A stretch of 64,000 bases of DNA from Nitrosopumilaceae archaeon. Its GTDB lineage: Archaea; Thermoproteota; Nitrososphaeria; Nitrososphaerales; Nitrosopumilaceae. A program made the position numbers and the translations under genes. Shown in pieces: positions 17,821 through 27,373 of this stretch. How positions within the stretch are numbered: position 1 is the stretch's first letter; every line of letters starts with the position of its first letter. Location: assembly GCA_965203465.1 (NCBI GenBank), contig CBDBCR010000001.1:416001-480000 (forward strand), given 5' to 3'. The notes below the pieces were generated by a model. The model was not told where the DNA came from. It saw only the letters and a program-made list of their open reading frames with translations, and did no database searches.

Positions 17821-18749
17821 CGCGCGGCCACGAACAGGGCGGACATGGCTCCCGAGGCCAGCAACACGGCCTCGACGGCCAGCAGCAGGCCCTGGTCGAA
17901 CGCGCCGGCCACGTCGGTGCCGGTCAGGCGCGCCGTCATGTACGCGTACGAGAGCGCGAAATAGTTGGCGGCCCAGTGCAGCACGACGGCGGCCCCGATG
18001 CCGTGCCTGTAGTACACCCACCCCAGTATCAGGCCGGCGGCCGCCGCCTGCGGGGCCTTGCCGTAGCTCCACCCGTCGCCTGCCACGTGCAGGGCGCCAA
18101 AGAGCGCCGCCGAAAAGGCGATCAGCGCCGCCACCTGCATCCGGCCGTGCGGGCCGGCGTCGTGCGGCCGCCATAGCGCCCGCAGCGGGGACGCCGAGCC
18201 GGGACGCCACGCAAAGACCGCGAGCGGCGCGCCTATCAGGAGCAGCCTGAAGGCCGGCTCCTCGAGCAGCGGCGCCAGCGCGGCGCCCAAGAACCTCTCT
18301 TGGTCGCTCGCGAAGGCGGGCGGCTCTATGGTCACGCCGAACAGGCCCTGCGCCCACGCTATGGCCGCCGAGACGAGCACCATGATGCCGAGCCAGCGCA
18401 GCACGGCCATCATGGCAGAGGGCGTCTCGCGCCCCTCCGATATGAGCGAGGCTAGCGCGCTCGAAAAGCCCGTCCTGGGGCCCATTATGCAGACCGCAAA
18501 GAGCACCGCGTACAGCGACCATGCCGCGACGAACGCGTCGCCGGAGCTGGGCCGCAGCTGCGAGTCGGCCATCCATCCCAGCGCGGGGTACGCTAGGTCG
18601 AGCGGGTAGCCGGGGCCGATGTCGGCATCGGCGGGCGGCTCGAAAAAGACGTACGCGCCGATGGGGAAGGAAAACGAGATCAGGGCGAACGAGACCGAGA
18701 GCAGCGCCGCGTGGGGTATCCCGAGGATCCTCTGCGCGCGCGAGACCAA
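17778..18749 (-). CDS. CPBP (CAAX/Abi) intramembrane metalloprotease
   Basis: APLLEEPAFR, FGALH, VLHWAAN; TTG start just after the aIF-1 stop. Confidence 0.82.
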   Translation of the reverse strand: MVSRAQRILGIPHAALLSVSFALISFSFPIGAYVFFEPPADADIGPGYPLDLAYPALGWMADSQLRPSSGDAFVAAWSLYAVLFAVCIMGPRTGFSSALASLISEGRETPSAMMAVLRWLGIMVLVSAAIAWAQGLFGVTIEPPAFASDQERFLGAALAPLLEEPAFRLLLIGAPLAVFAWRPGSASPLRALWRPHDAGPHGRMQVAALIAFSAALFGALHVAGDGWSYGKAPQAAAAGLILGWVYYRHGIGAAVVLHWAANYFALSYAYMTARLTGTDVAGAFDQGLLLAVEAVLLASGAMSALFVAARYKRSRAARQNPGL

Positions 18750-18751
18750 CT

Positions 18752-19060
18752 CTAGTGCAGCTCGATGGACGACTCTGCGAACCCCAGATCCACGAGCGTC
18801 TCCTTTATGCTGTCGCGGTGATCGCCCTGCAGGAACACGTATCCCTCCTTCGCGGTGCCGCCGCAGGCGTACTTGTTCTTCAGATCCTTGGCCACCCTGT
18901 CCAAGTCGTTGAGCTTTGGATCGAGCCCCTCTATCATGGTGCCCTTTTTCTTGAAGCGGCGCGTCTCGAGCCTTATGATGATCTTGGCGCTGTCCTTGGC
19001 CAGGTCGCCGCATGCGCACAGATCCTCGGGAAGGCCGCAGGTGTTGCAGATTACCGCCAT
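18752..19060 (-). CDS. Translation initiation factor aIF-1 (SUI1)
   Basis: CNTCGLPEDLCAC, LKNKYACGGTAK, LQGDHRD. Confidence 0.95.
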   Translation of the reverse strand: MAVICNTCGLPEDLCACGDLAKDSAKIIIRLETRRFKKKGTMIEGLDPKLNDLDRVAKDLKNKYACGGTAKEGYVFLQGDHRDSIKETLVDLGFAESSIELH

Positions 19061-19173
19061 TGATTCGAGCCGATCGGGGCCGGCGCACTATTAAGGGTTG
19101 TTCAGGCGCGCAGGCGCGGGGCCCGCGGAAAGGCTTCAATTCATTTAAAAAGAGCTCCGGAGGGGCGGGCCGA

Positions 19174-19332
19174 ATGGCAGCCCGCAAGCCGTCGTCCCGC
19201 AAGATACGGCTGTTCAAGAAGGTAAAGCAGACCTCGCCTGTTCCCGCGTGGGTGATACTGAAGACCAAGCGGGGCGTGCGCACCAACCCCAAGCGGCGCC
19301 CGTGGAGGACGGGCGACGCGGAGGTCGGCTGA
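19174..19332 (+). CDS. rpl39e: 50S ribosomal protein L39e
   Basis: KQTSPVPAWVILKTKRGVRTNPKRRPWR. Confidence 0.93.
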   Translation: MAARKPSSRKIRLFKKVKQTSPVPAWVILKTKRGVRTNPKRRPWRTGDAEVG

Positions 19333-19333
19333 C

Positions 19334-19882
19334 TTGGCAGAAGAGCGGGTGTACACGATTAACCTCGGCAAGGCGCTGCTGTCGCAGCCGCAGCACCGGG
19401 CGGTGCGGGCCGTCAACATGGTGCGCGAGTTCGCCTCGAAGCACATGCGCAGCTCGGACGTAAAGATAGACGAGGATCTTGCGCACCAGATATGGGCGCG
19501 CGGCGCGCGCAGCCCGCCGCGCAGGGTACGCGTCCGCATGTGGGAGGGGGAATCCGGCGAGATCATCGTATCAAAGCACGACGGGGACGTTGAGACGAAA
19601 ACGGTGCCGGCTGCAGCGGATCGAGACGAACCCAAGCCAGCCGAGGCCGGAGCCGGATCCGAGCAACCCGAGCCGAAAGCACCCGAGACCAATGCCGAAC
19701 CTGAAAAGCCCGAGCCGGAAACCGCCGAGCCGAAAGCACCCGAGACCAAAGCCGAACTTGAAAAGCCCGAGCCGGAAACCGCCGAGCCGAAAGCACCCGA
19801 GACCAAAGCCGAACTTGAAAAGCCCGAGCCGGAAACCGCCGACGGGCCGAGCCCCGCCAAGGACGAACCTCCCAAACCATAA
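19334..19882 (+). CDS. rpl31e: 50S ribosomal protein L31e with repetitive Pro/Glu/Lys C-terminal tail
   Basis: ERVYTINL..RAVRAVNMVREFASKHM..IWARGARSPPRRVRV. Confidence 0.93.
   Translation: MAEERVYTINLGKALLSQPQHRAVRAVNMVREFASKHMRSSDVKIDEDLAHQIWARGARSPPRRVRVRMWEGESGEIIVSKHDGDVETKTVPAAADRDEPKPAEAGAGSEQPEPKAPETNAEPEKPEPETAEPKAPETKAELEKPEPETAEPKAPETKAELEKPEPETADGPSPAKDEPPKP
19668..19842 (+). repeat. About 3 tandem copies of a 57-bp unit (19 aa, EPKAPETKAELEKPEPETA) in rpl31e
   Basis: Units start at 19668, 19725 and 19782; units 2 and 3 are identical and unit 1 has 2 substitutions. Confidence 0.92.
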
Positions 19883-20130
19883 CGCCGAGACGGAACAACC
19901 TCCACGTAAGGCAAGCCCGCCAAATTCCCCAAGTTGGAGGGGTTCAAAACTCGCGACTCGATCGATTGCGCGTGGCGCGGATCTGGCTGCGTGGCAGAGG
20001 CTGGCCCCGCGGCACGCATTGCCTCGAGCCCGGAACGCAGTTCCGCACATCTTGGAGGGCGGCGAGCGGGCACTGGCCAGGTACGCATGCAGACGGCTTT
20101 GAGTCCGAGTTTAGCCTAGGGGCGGCGCAT

Positions 20131-20220
20131 CTTTGTTCGCCAATTCGAATTTTCGTGCCTGCGTAGCCGGATCGGCCAAAAGGGGCTCCGCTCATGCACG
20201 GGTTGCAGAATCACCAAAGC
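20131..20220 (+). mobile_element. Degenerate copy of the MITE at 42462-42564
   Basis: CTTTGTTCGCCAATTCGAATTTTCGTGCCTGCGTAGCCGGATCGGCCAAAAGGGGCTCCG aligns colinearly with 42465 onward; both ends eroded. Confidence 0.72.
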
Positions 20221-20265
20221 CGCACAACCACACAAAATATGACTCACGAAGCGAGAGCAAGATCG

Positions 20266-20676
20266 ATGTCCAAACTGCAGACGACAACCGTGGACAAAAA
20301 AAGGCCGGGTAAAATACCCAAGATTCTGTTGGAAAATCTGGGGCTGGAGGCGCCTGCGACTCTTGCCATTGGGATTGAAGGCGGCTCGATTGTGATGACG
20401 CTGCACCCGACACCAGGCGAACCCGCATCGCGCCGACTCAAGCAATTTGTAGAAAAAGAAACGATCTCCGACAGGATCGCAGAGCTCGTAGACGGTGCAA
20501 GCGGACAAGACCCGAAGCACCGGGGTTCAAAAGACGAGCTGCGCGACATAATGGAGTTGCTGGGCATGGACGACGACGGAGACGTGCCGGAAACCATCGA
20601 GGGCTTGATAAAAGATTGCGCAAAAGAGGGCGAAAATTCTTTAGACATTGTGCGATCCGTCAGAAATCGCATCTGA
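20266..20676 (+). CDS. AbrB/MazE-type antitoxin-like protein
   Basis: TTVDKKRPGKIPKILLENLGL..LAIGIEGGSIVM resembles a swapped-hairpin domain; C-terminus SLDIVRSVRNR is VapB-like. Confidence 0.55.
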   Translation: MSKLQTTTVDKKRPGKIPKILLENLGLEAPATLAIGIEGGSIVMTLHPTPGEPASRRLKQFVEKETISDRIAELVDGASGQDPKHRGSKDELRDIMELLGMDDDGDVPETIEGLIKDCAKEGENSLDIVRSVRNRI

Positions 20677-21093
20677 CAAGCAACGCGAATATTGCGACAC
20701 CGTCTGGGGCAACGGACAAGACTCACACCGGAGCTCGGCCAACCGTCGCAGCAAAACGCGAAATTGCCGTCGAGACAAAGACACTTGCGCGGGACGAAAA
20801 ACCGCGGCAAGCTTGAATTCCGCGCACCGGAATCGCCCTTGACCGCGCACCACGGGCAGGTTTTGTCAAAGATCACCACGCAACCAGTTCTAACAAAAGC
20901 CGACGCCCGGAAGCGCCGATACTCGAGTCTGGGGCCCGCAGACATCGAGCATGCGTATCTTGCACGCCGGGCGGGATCTGGCTTTCACGCGACGGACGGC
21001 TCTTTCGAGCACTTGGCCGATCCAGACCTTGAACACATGTCGTTTCACGCATTGGAGAGGCAAAGCCCGGCCCAAAAACGCCCGTCGAGCCTG
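20673..21093 (+). pseudogene. Degraded PIN-domain (VapC-like) toxin
   Basis: N-terminal motif REYCDTVW (from 20684) and C-terminal motif LGPADIEHAYLA..ATDGSFEHL (20929-21015) lie in different frames. Confidence 0.55.
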
Positions 21094-21103
21094 AACGGGC
21101 CGG

Positions 21104-22036
21104 CTAGTCTTCCAGCTGGTAGCCGCCCAGCCCCCAGTCGTAGCTGGCGTCGGGCACGTCCCAGTCGAGCGTCTTCGACGATGGTATGGCGCCGAGCGGA
21201 TCGTACGCGTCGAACTTTGCCAGGCTCTGCGCGCCTGCCAGCAGGGCTATCCCGGAGCGGCCGGTCCCCGACTCCACCACGGTGGCCGCGCCCTCGCCCG
21301 CGCCGCGCCCCGTCTCGGAGAGCACCCTGAGCATGCCGGCCGGCACGCCGTCGCCCATCACGTGCACCGCAGAGCCCGAGACCGAGCCGGGCGCCACGCT
21401 CCCGTACAGCGTGCTCAGCGCGTCGCGCAAAGCTTCGCGCGGCTCCAGGCCGCCGCGCGAGGGGGCCAGCACGCCGTCGCCCTGCGGGGCGGATCTGTCC
21501 CTGAGCGAGGCGGCGATGGCGCGCACGGCCGGATCCGACAGCCTGCAGCACGACCTGGCCGACAGGTCGGGGTTGCACTCTGCCACCGCGTCGTTGTCTA
21601 TTATGACGGTGCACGAAGAGGCGGCCCTGAGACGCCTGAGGGCCACGCCCGAGCCGAACACCCTGTCCTTTTCGTGGGCGAACGGCATGATGGCCAGCGT
21701 GACCAGCGTCCTGCCTCCGAAGAGCGGGGCTATCAGCGGCCCGAGCGCCTGCCCGGAGCGGCCGGCCAGGTTGGCCACGAGCACGGCGGTGTGGTACTTT
21801 GAGAGGCGATCGGATATCTCACCCATCGCGGCCCCCGCGTACCCGCGTATGGCCCCGGCGGAGGGGTTGACCAGCGGCCCGGTGCCTACGCGGATGCCGC
21901 CGGGCCCCAAGTCTGCAGGATCGGGGCTGACAAGCACGGGCTCGGCGCCGAGGGCCTCGGCTACGAGCGGCGCGAGGCGCGCGCCGGCGCCCCCTATGCC
22001 GATCGCAGCTGCGGGCTCGCCTATCTGGTAATCCAA
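21104..22036 (-). CDS. ftsZ: Divergent thaumarchaeal FtsZ/tubulin-family protein
   Basis: AIGIGGAGARLA, NLAGRSG in place of the GGGTGTG signature, IMPFAHE, IIDNDA; TTG start about 25 nt after a TATA-like tract. Confidence 0.78.
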   Translation of the reverse strand: MDYQIGEPAAAIGIGGAGARLAPLVAEALGAEPVLVSPDPADLGPGGIRVGTGPLVNPSAGAIRGYAGAAMGEISDRLSKYHTAVLVANLAGRSGQALGPLIAPLFGGRTLVTLAIMPFAHEKDRVFGSGVALRRLRAASSCTVIIDNDAVAECNPDLSARSCCRLSDPAVRAIAASLRDRSAPQGDGVLAPSRGGLEPREALRDALSTLYGSVAPGSVSGSAVHVMGDGVPAGMLRVLSETGRGAGEGAATVVESGTGRSGIALLAGAQSLAKFDAYDPLGAIPSSKTLDWDVPDASYDWGLGGYQLED

Positions 22037-22096
22037 CGCCGGGCCCTCCCCGTTTCGGATAAAAAACCTTGTTGTGGCCCGGGATCTGACCATTGT

Positions 22097-23350
22097 CTAA
22101 TTTTCTCGACAAAGGCGCCCGGCCAGCCCGTGGGCCGAGGCCCCGGTGATCTCGACGGTGTGCGTGCCCTCGGGGGCCCCCTCGGCCAGGACGGGCCTGT
22201 AGGCGGGGGTGCGCCCCTTTTGGCCCGCGAACAGGACGGGCCCGCGCCACCCCACCCACGCCCTGTTGCTCTCGAGGGATATGCGCTCGGCCTCGGCGGC
22301 GGCCATGCGGCTCCTCTCGGATATGGCCGCGTGCGGCACCTGCTCCCTGCCGGCGGCCTCGGTGCCGGGCCTCCTGCTGTACTTTGAGAGGTTCACGATG
22401 TCGGGCCTCGTCTCCCTGATCAGATCCAGGGTCTGCCGGAACTCCGCGTCAGTCTCGGACGGGAACCCGGCTATGATGTCCGTAGAGAGGGTGAACCGCT
22501 CGAACCTCTTCCTCGCCTCCGAGGCGGCCTTCCTGAAGGCGCCGGCCGTGTGCCCGCGCGCCATCTCGCGCAGCACCCTGTCGCTGCCCGACTGGACGGG
22601 CACGTGCAGGAACTTGTACACCTTTGGGTGGTCCATAGCCTCGAGCAGCCTCTCGCGTATGCGCGGCATGTACATGGGGTTCATCATGCCGACCCTTATC
22701 ATGAACTCGCCGGGCACCGCGCGCACGCGCTCGACCAGCTCGGGCAGGTCTGTTCCTATGTCGAGGCCGTAGCACCCGTTGTCCGTCGAGGTGAGCCAGA
22801 TCTCGCGGCACCCGTCGCGCACGTCGCGCTCGACCTGCTCCGCTATGCGGCCGGGCCGGTAGCTGCGCAGGCCGCCCTTTGCAAGCTTTGTCTGGCAGAA
22901 CGTGCACTCGCTCATGCAGCCGCTGGCGATCTCGACGATGCCCACCGAGCGGTTCAGCCTGAGCCTCGGCAGGGCCGTCTTTTCGGCGCCCGTATCCTCC
23001 AGCGCGACAGTCCGCCTGCCCTCCAGCGCCGAATTGACAACCTCGAGGGCCCTGCTTACGGCGCCGGGCCCCATCAGGCTGGCCGAGCCGGCCGCCCTGC
23101 TGACCGTCTGCGGCTCGGCCTTTGCCATGCAGCCGGCCACGACCAGCGGCCGCGAGCCCAGCTTGCGCACGCGGTGCATCATCCTGCCGGCGGTCGCGTC
23201 CTTTACGGAGCAGGTCACCACGAGGCTCAGATCCGCCTCCTCGGCCGAGCCCGCCATCGAGTGGCCCCCGCCCGCCAAGATCCCCGCGATCGCCTCCGAA
23301 TCCGCATAGCTTGCAGAGCAGCCGTACGCCTCTATCCATATGCGGGCCAT
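22097..23350 (-). CDS. Radical-SAM tRNA methylthiotransferase (MiaB-like, archaeal e-MtaB type)
   Basis: AYGCSASYADSE, TCSVK, GCMSECTFC, HVPVQSGSD, C-terminal TRAM-like segment. Confidence 0.88.
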   Translation of the reverse strand: MARIWIEAYGCSASYADSEAIAGILAGGGHSMAGSAEEADLSLVVTCSVKDATAGRMMHRVRKLGSRPLVVAGCMAKAEPQTVSRAAGSASLMGPGAVSRALEVVNSALEGRRTVALEDTGAEKTALPRLRLNRSVGIVEIASGCMSECTFCQTKLAKGGLRSYRPGRIAEQVERDVRDGCREIWLTSTDNGCYGLDIGTDLPELVERVRAVPGEFMIRVGMMNPMYMPRIRERLLEAMDHPKVYKFLHVPVQSGSDRVLREMARGHTAGAFRKAASEARKRFERFTLSTDIIAGFPSETDAEFRQTLDLIRETRPDIVNLSKYSRRPGTEAAGREQVPHAAISERSRMAAAEAERISLESNRAWVGWRGPVLFAGQKGRTPAYRPVLAEGAPEGTHTVEITGASAHGLAGRLCREN

Positions 23351-23352
23351 GG

Positions 23353-24720
23353 CTACCTCAGCGCCGCGTCCAGCTCGGGCTTGCCCACCATCTTCTTCTC
23401 CAGGACCAGGCTCCGCACGGTCTTGCCGGTGGCCAGGGATTCCTTGAACAGCTGGGCCGCCTTCTGGTACCCTATCAGGGGGGCAAGCAGGGTGACCGTG
23501 AGCGGGCTGCGCTCCACGCCTTCTGCCAGCTTTTTTCTGTCGGCGCCCAGCCCGTCTATCAGGTTGGACGCAAAGACGGGCACGAAGTTGGAGAGCATAT
23601 CCGTCGAGTCGAGCACGGCCCGCAGCATGCCGGGCAGCATCACGTTGAGCTCGAACTGCCCCGCCGCCGCGGCCTGCGCGGCGGCAGCGTCGTTGCCGGC
23701 GACGGCGAAGCAGACCATGTTCATCGATTCTGCGAGAGACGGGTTGACCTTGCCGGGCATTATCGAAGAGCCCGCGTGCACCGCCGGTATCTGAAGCTCC
23801 GCCAGACCCTCGAGCGGGCCAGAGGCCATCAGGCGCACGTCGCTTGCTATCCTGCCTATCTCGGAGGCCAGGCAGCGCAGGGCCGCCGAAGCCGAGGCCA
23901 CCGCGAGCCTGCTCTGCAGCGCGTACTGCATGTCCGGCTCGGGGATCAGCGGCAGCTTTGAGATCCGGGCAAGCTCGGCCACGGCCCTCTTCCTGTAGCC
24001 TCGCGGCGCGTTGGCCCCGGTGCCGACCGCCGTGCCGCCCAGCGCGACGCGGCGCAGCTCCTTCCTTGACGCGTCGAGCGCCGACGAGGCCCTCGAGACG
24101 GCCGTCGCGTACGCGCCGAACTCGCCGCCGAGGCTGACGGGCAACGCGTCCATCAGGTGCGTGCGGCCCACCTTTCTGTGCCCGGCGAACCTGCGCGCCG
24201 CGCGCCGCAGCGACGAGCTCAGCTTTTCGGATGCCTCCAGCACCCGGCCTGCGCCGAACAGCACCGAGACGTGCATGGCGGTCGGGAACGTGTCGTTGCT
24301 CGACTGCGACATGTTGACGTGGTCGTTTGGGTGGAGCTTTTCGTACTGGCCCTTCCTGCCGCCCATGTGCTCCAGGGCCGCGTTGGCCAGGACCTCGTTG
24401 ACGTTCATGTTGACGGCCGTGCCGGCGCCGGAGTTTATCGCGTCTACGGCAAACTGCCCGTCCAGCCTGCCGGCAAGGGCGTCGTCGCACGCCTTTTTTA
24501 TCGCGCGGCCCCTCTTGGCGTCCAGCGCGCCGACCGCCACGTTGGCGGAGGCAGCAGAGCGCTTTATCATGACGAAGGCCCTTACCAGGTCGGGGTGCGA
24601 CGGCCTGCCCGAGGCGGTGTACTGGCCCAGGGCCCTCTGGGTGAACGGCCCCCAGTACGCGCCTGCCGGCACGCGCACCCTCCCCAGCGAGTCCTCGTCG
24701 ATCCTGTACCCGCCGGCCAC
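23353..24720 (-). CDS. Class II fumarate hydratase / aspartate ammonia-lyase
   Basis: SGAGTAVNMN, HPNDHVNMSQSSNDTFPT, GRTHLMDA, GSSIMPGKVNP. Confidence 0.93.
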   Translation of the reverse strand: MAGGYRIDEDSLGRVRVPAGAYWGPFTQRALGQYTASGRPSHPDLVRAFVMIKRSAASANVAVGALDAKRGRAIKKACDDALAGRLDGQFAVDAINSGAGTAVNMNVNEVLANAALEHMGGRKGQYEKLHPNDHVNMSQSSNDTFPTAMHVSVLFGAGRVLEASEKLSSSLRRAARRFAGHRKVGRTHLMDALPVSLGGEFGAYATAVSRASSALDASRKELRRVALGGTAVGTGANAPRGYRKRAVAELARISKLPLIPEPDMQYALQSRLAVASASAALRCLASEIGRIASDVRLMASGPLEGLAELQIPAVHAGSSIMPGKVNPSLAESMNMVCFAVAGNDAAAAQAAAAGQFELNVMLPGMLRAVLDSTDMLSNFVPVFASNLIDGLGADRKKLAEGVERSPLTVTLLAPLIGYQKAAQLFKESLATGKTVRSLVLEKKMVGKPELDAALR

Positions 24721-24770
24721 GCGCCGGCCGGAGGGGGGCTTACATATATTGCCAGCTCGGCGCCGGTTCC

Positions 24771-24813
24771 AAAATTGTATTCTATATATTACGCCGCCCG
24801 CCCGCGGCGGCCA
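24771..24813 (+). promoter_or_regulatory. nirK promoter (TATATATT) plus GC-rich element shared with amoA
   Basis: TATATATT 24783-24790; CCGCCCGCGGCGGCCA directly before the ATG. Confidence 0.65.
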
Positions 24814-26220
24814 ATGAATAGACGTACTAGCATGGTGTTCACCATCGCCGCGGTAGCGGCAATGGGAGCAACGCTGTTCGGAGGCACGTTCACTCAGTCC
24901 GCCGCGTCCGGCGCCGCCCTCGGCAAAGACACCGAGGCGGCCCACCAGATGGGCGGCCTCGAGCTCGTGATGCCGAGCGCGTTTGCCAGCACGCACTGTG
25001 AAAACGTAGACACGATGGGCCGCAACGTGGTAGAGGCAAATCTGGTCGGTGTCAGCGTCGAGCTGCCCATCATGGGAGGCAAGACGTACAGCGCGATGAC
25101 CTTCAACGAGCAGGTCCCCGGACCTACCGTGAGGGCCACGCAGGGCGACGTCATAAAGATGACGCTCACCGTACCCGAAGACGAGCTCACCGCGCACGGA
25201 AACGACATGCACGCCTCGCAGATAAGCGGCGCCAACTTCGGCGCCGTCCAGCCGGGCGAGTCAAAGACCTACTGCTTCATCGCGGAGGTCCCCGGCGTGT
25301 TCAAGTACCACTGCTCCGGCATAGACCTGGCCGCAATGGATCAGCACGTGTTCTCTGGCATGTACGGCATAACCATAGTCGATCCGCTCGACGGCTACAA
25401 AAAGCTGATGACGGAAAAGACGATGGTGGAGAACGGGCGGATCAAGATAGATCGCCAGTTCGTAGAGCCCGACGCGCTAGAGTTCCAGCTCCAGTACAAC
25501 GAACTGTACCTCAACGACGACGGCGGCTACGACATGAACAAGATGTTCGACCACGATCTGGCACAGACGGTGGTCAACGGCTTGGCGTTTTCGTACCTGC
25601 CCAACGAGATCCACAACACGCTGATCAACGGCGACCCGCGCAGGGACGTCACCATAGCGCAGGTGTGGAACTCTTCGGACCTCAACCAGTACCAGGCGCA
25701 GCTGCTCTTCGTTGAAGAGGATCAGCACGTCCGGTTCTTCGTGCAAAACCAGGGCCGCGAGTCCGTGTTTTGGCACATCGTCGGCGAGATCCTAGACAGG
25801 GTCACGCAGGGCAACAGGGTCCAGGCGCAGGGAACGGAGACGTGGCTGCTCGGCGGCTCGCAGAACATGATCGTTGATGTGGTATTCGACGAACCGGGCC
25901 ACTACATAGCGGTCAACCACGACTATGCGGCCATATACCAGGGCGCCGCGACGGTCATCGTCGTAGGCGATCCGTTCGGCCTCAACCCGACACTGATGGA
26001 TCTAGGCGTGATTGAATCTCCTGTACCTTCGTACGCGCACGTCATGGGCAACCCCACCGACGCAATCCCGCCGATGGGCTCTCAGAGCGTAGCGCACCCC
26101 GCGCAGATACTCCACGGCCTGTACACCGACGATCGCGCAGCGCAGATACAGCAAGAGACGGGCGCCCTTACGGGCAGCGCCGTCATGCAGATAGTCAACG
26201 ACGCGCTGGCAGCTTCCTAG
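24814..26220 (+). CDS. nirK: Archaeal copper-containing nitrite reductase
   Basis: Signal/TM region; Cu ligands HGNDMH, YHC, HVFSGM, WHIVG, VNHDY. Confidence 0.92.
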   Translation: MNRRTSMVFTIAAVAAMGATLFGGTFTQSAASGAALGKDTEAAHQMGGLELVMPSAFASTHCENVDTMGRNVVEANLVGVSVELPIMGGKTYSAMTFNEQVPGPTVRATQGDVIKMTLTVPEDELTAHGNDMHASQISGANFGAVQPGESKTYCFIAEVPGVFKYHCSGIDLAAMDQHVFSGMYGITIVDPLDGYKKLMTEKTMVENGRIKIDRQFVEPDALEFQLQYNELYLNDDGGYDMNKMFDHDLAQTVVNGLAFSYLPNEIHNTLINGDPRRDVTIAQVWNSSDLNQYQAQLLFVEEDQHVRFFVQNQGRESVFWHIVGEILDRVTQGNRVQAQGTETWLLGGSQNMIVDVVFDEPGHYIAVNHDYAAIYQGAATVIVVGDPFGLNPTLMDLGVIESPVPSYAHVMGNPTDAIPPMGSQSVAHPAQILHGLYTDDRAAQIQQETGALTGSAVMQIVNDALAAS

Positions 26221-26275
26221 GGTCTTTACCCTTTTTTAGACGCGCATGGCGGGCCGCCCCGCGCGCGGCTTTGTA

Positions 26276-26353
26276 TGGTGGGCCCGATGAGATTCGAACT
26301 CATGACCTTTCGATTATCAGTCGAACGCTCCAGCCAAGCTGAGCTACGAGCCC
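26276..26353 (-). tRNA. tRNA-Ile(GAT) with encoded CCA
   Basis: GGGCTCGTAGCTCAGCTTGG...CT-GAT-AA...GTTCGAATC...GGGCCCA-CCA. Confidence 0.96.
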
Positions 26354-26385
26354 ACGGGGGCGGGCGGGGCCGGCCGGATTTAAGT

Positions 26386-26928
26386 CTAATTTGCCGGCTT
26401 CCACTTTATCGAGCAGCCGATCGAGGGATCAAAGTCCTTCTCTATGGGCCTGCCGGCAAGCAGGCTCTCTATGTTGGCCTCCATGGTCATTTCGGAGGCC
26501 TGCGCCTCGGGAGTCGCCGCGTCGTCTAGCCTGCCGTGGAAGACCAGCCTGCGGCCCGCGTCGAACAGGAACGGATCCGGCGTGCAGGTGGCCCCGTAGG
26601 CCCTGGCCGTCTCCTGCGTCTGGTCTGCCAGGTAGTCTATGCCGAGATCCATTTTTTTCATGGCCTCGAAAGAGTCCTCCGGGTATGCCTGCGCGTCGTT
26701 GCTGTTTATCCCCACGATGTCTATTTTGCCGCCGAACTTTCCTGCCAGCCTGCGTATCTCGGGGATCTTTGCCTTTACGTAGGGGCAGTGGTTGCACATG
26801 AATATGACTAGCAGGCCGGCCTTGCCGTACTCGGAGAGCCTGTGGTCTTTTCCGTCGGTCCCGGGAAGCTCGAACGGGGGGGCCGCGTCGCCCGCCGACA
26901 GCTTTGTCTGGGATTCGAGAAGCACCAC
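26386..26928 (-). CDS. Thioredoxin-fold AhpC/TSA redoxin
   Basis: FMCNHCPYV, YGATCTPDPFLFD, SIGCSIKW. Confidence 0.9.
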   Translation of the reverse strand: MVLLESQTKLSAGDAAPPFELPGTDGKDHRLSEYGKAGLLVIFMCNHCPYVKAKIPEIRRLAGKFGGKIDIVGINSNDAQAYPEDSFEAMKKMDLGIDYLADQTQETARAYGATCTPDPFLFDAGRRLVFHGRLDDAATPEAQASEMTMEANIESLLAGRPIEKDFDPSIGCSIKWKPAN

Positions 26929-27001
26929 GGCGCCGCCCGGCGGCCTGCTACATAAAAACCGTGACAAAGCAATAAAACCGGCCAGCGCCGGGCGCCGCCG
27001 T

Positions 27002-27075
27002 GGGCTGGTAGTATAGCCTGGTAGTATACCCGCCTTGCACGCGGGGGGTCATGGGTTCGAATCCCGTCCAGTCCA
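27002..27075 (+). tRNA. tRNA-Ala(TGC)
   Basis: GGGCTGG/CCAGTCC stem with G3-U70, CT-TGC-AC loop, GGTTCGAATCC. Confidence 0.95.
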
Positions 27076-27373
27076 TTTCCCTTGTCCCTTTTATCGGATG
27101 TTTCCGGGTGGCAGTCGATGAAGATAACGCGCGCAGAGTTCGAAAGGACGGGCGGGCGGGCCTGCCGGAGAAACCCGCCTCGGATCCGGGCGTCTTGGAA
27201 GTACCCGCCCGGAATTTTGGGCGGGGTGGACTCGGGGCCAGCCGGCAGCACCGGCACCCGGACCGCCGGAGATCTAAGGCGGCGGCCCTCGCCTGGGGCG
27301 GCCGCCCGGCCGTAGTCCGGCACGCCCCGGAAGGGGGCGAAGTTTTTTACTAGGGTACCTGAGGGTGCGGTAC

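Noticed and set aside
20061-20072. 12-bp match (GGCGAGCGGGCA) to the start of the 41-bp repeat
   Set aside because: Short, GC-rich and does not extend; consistent with chance.
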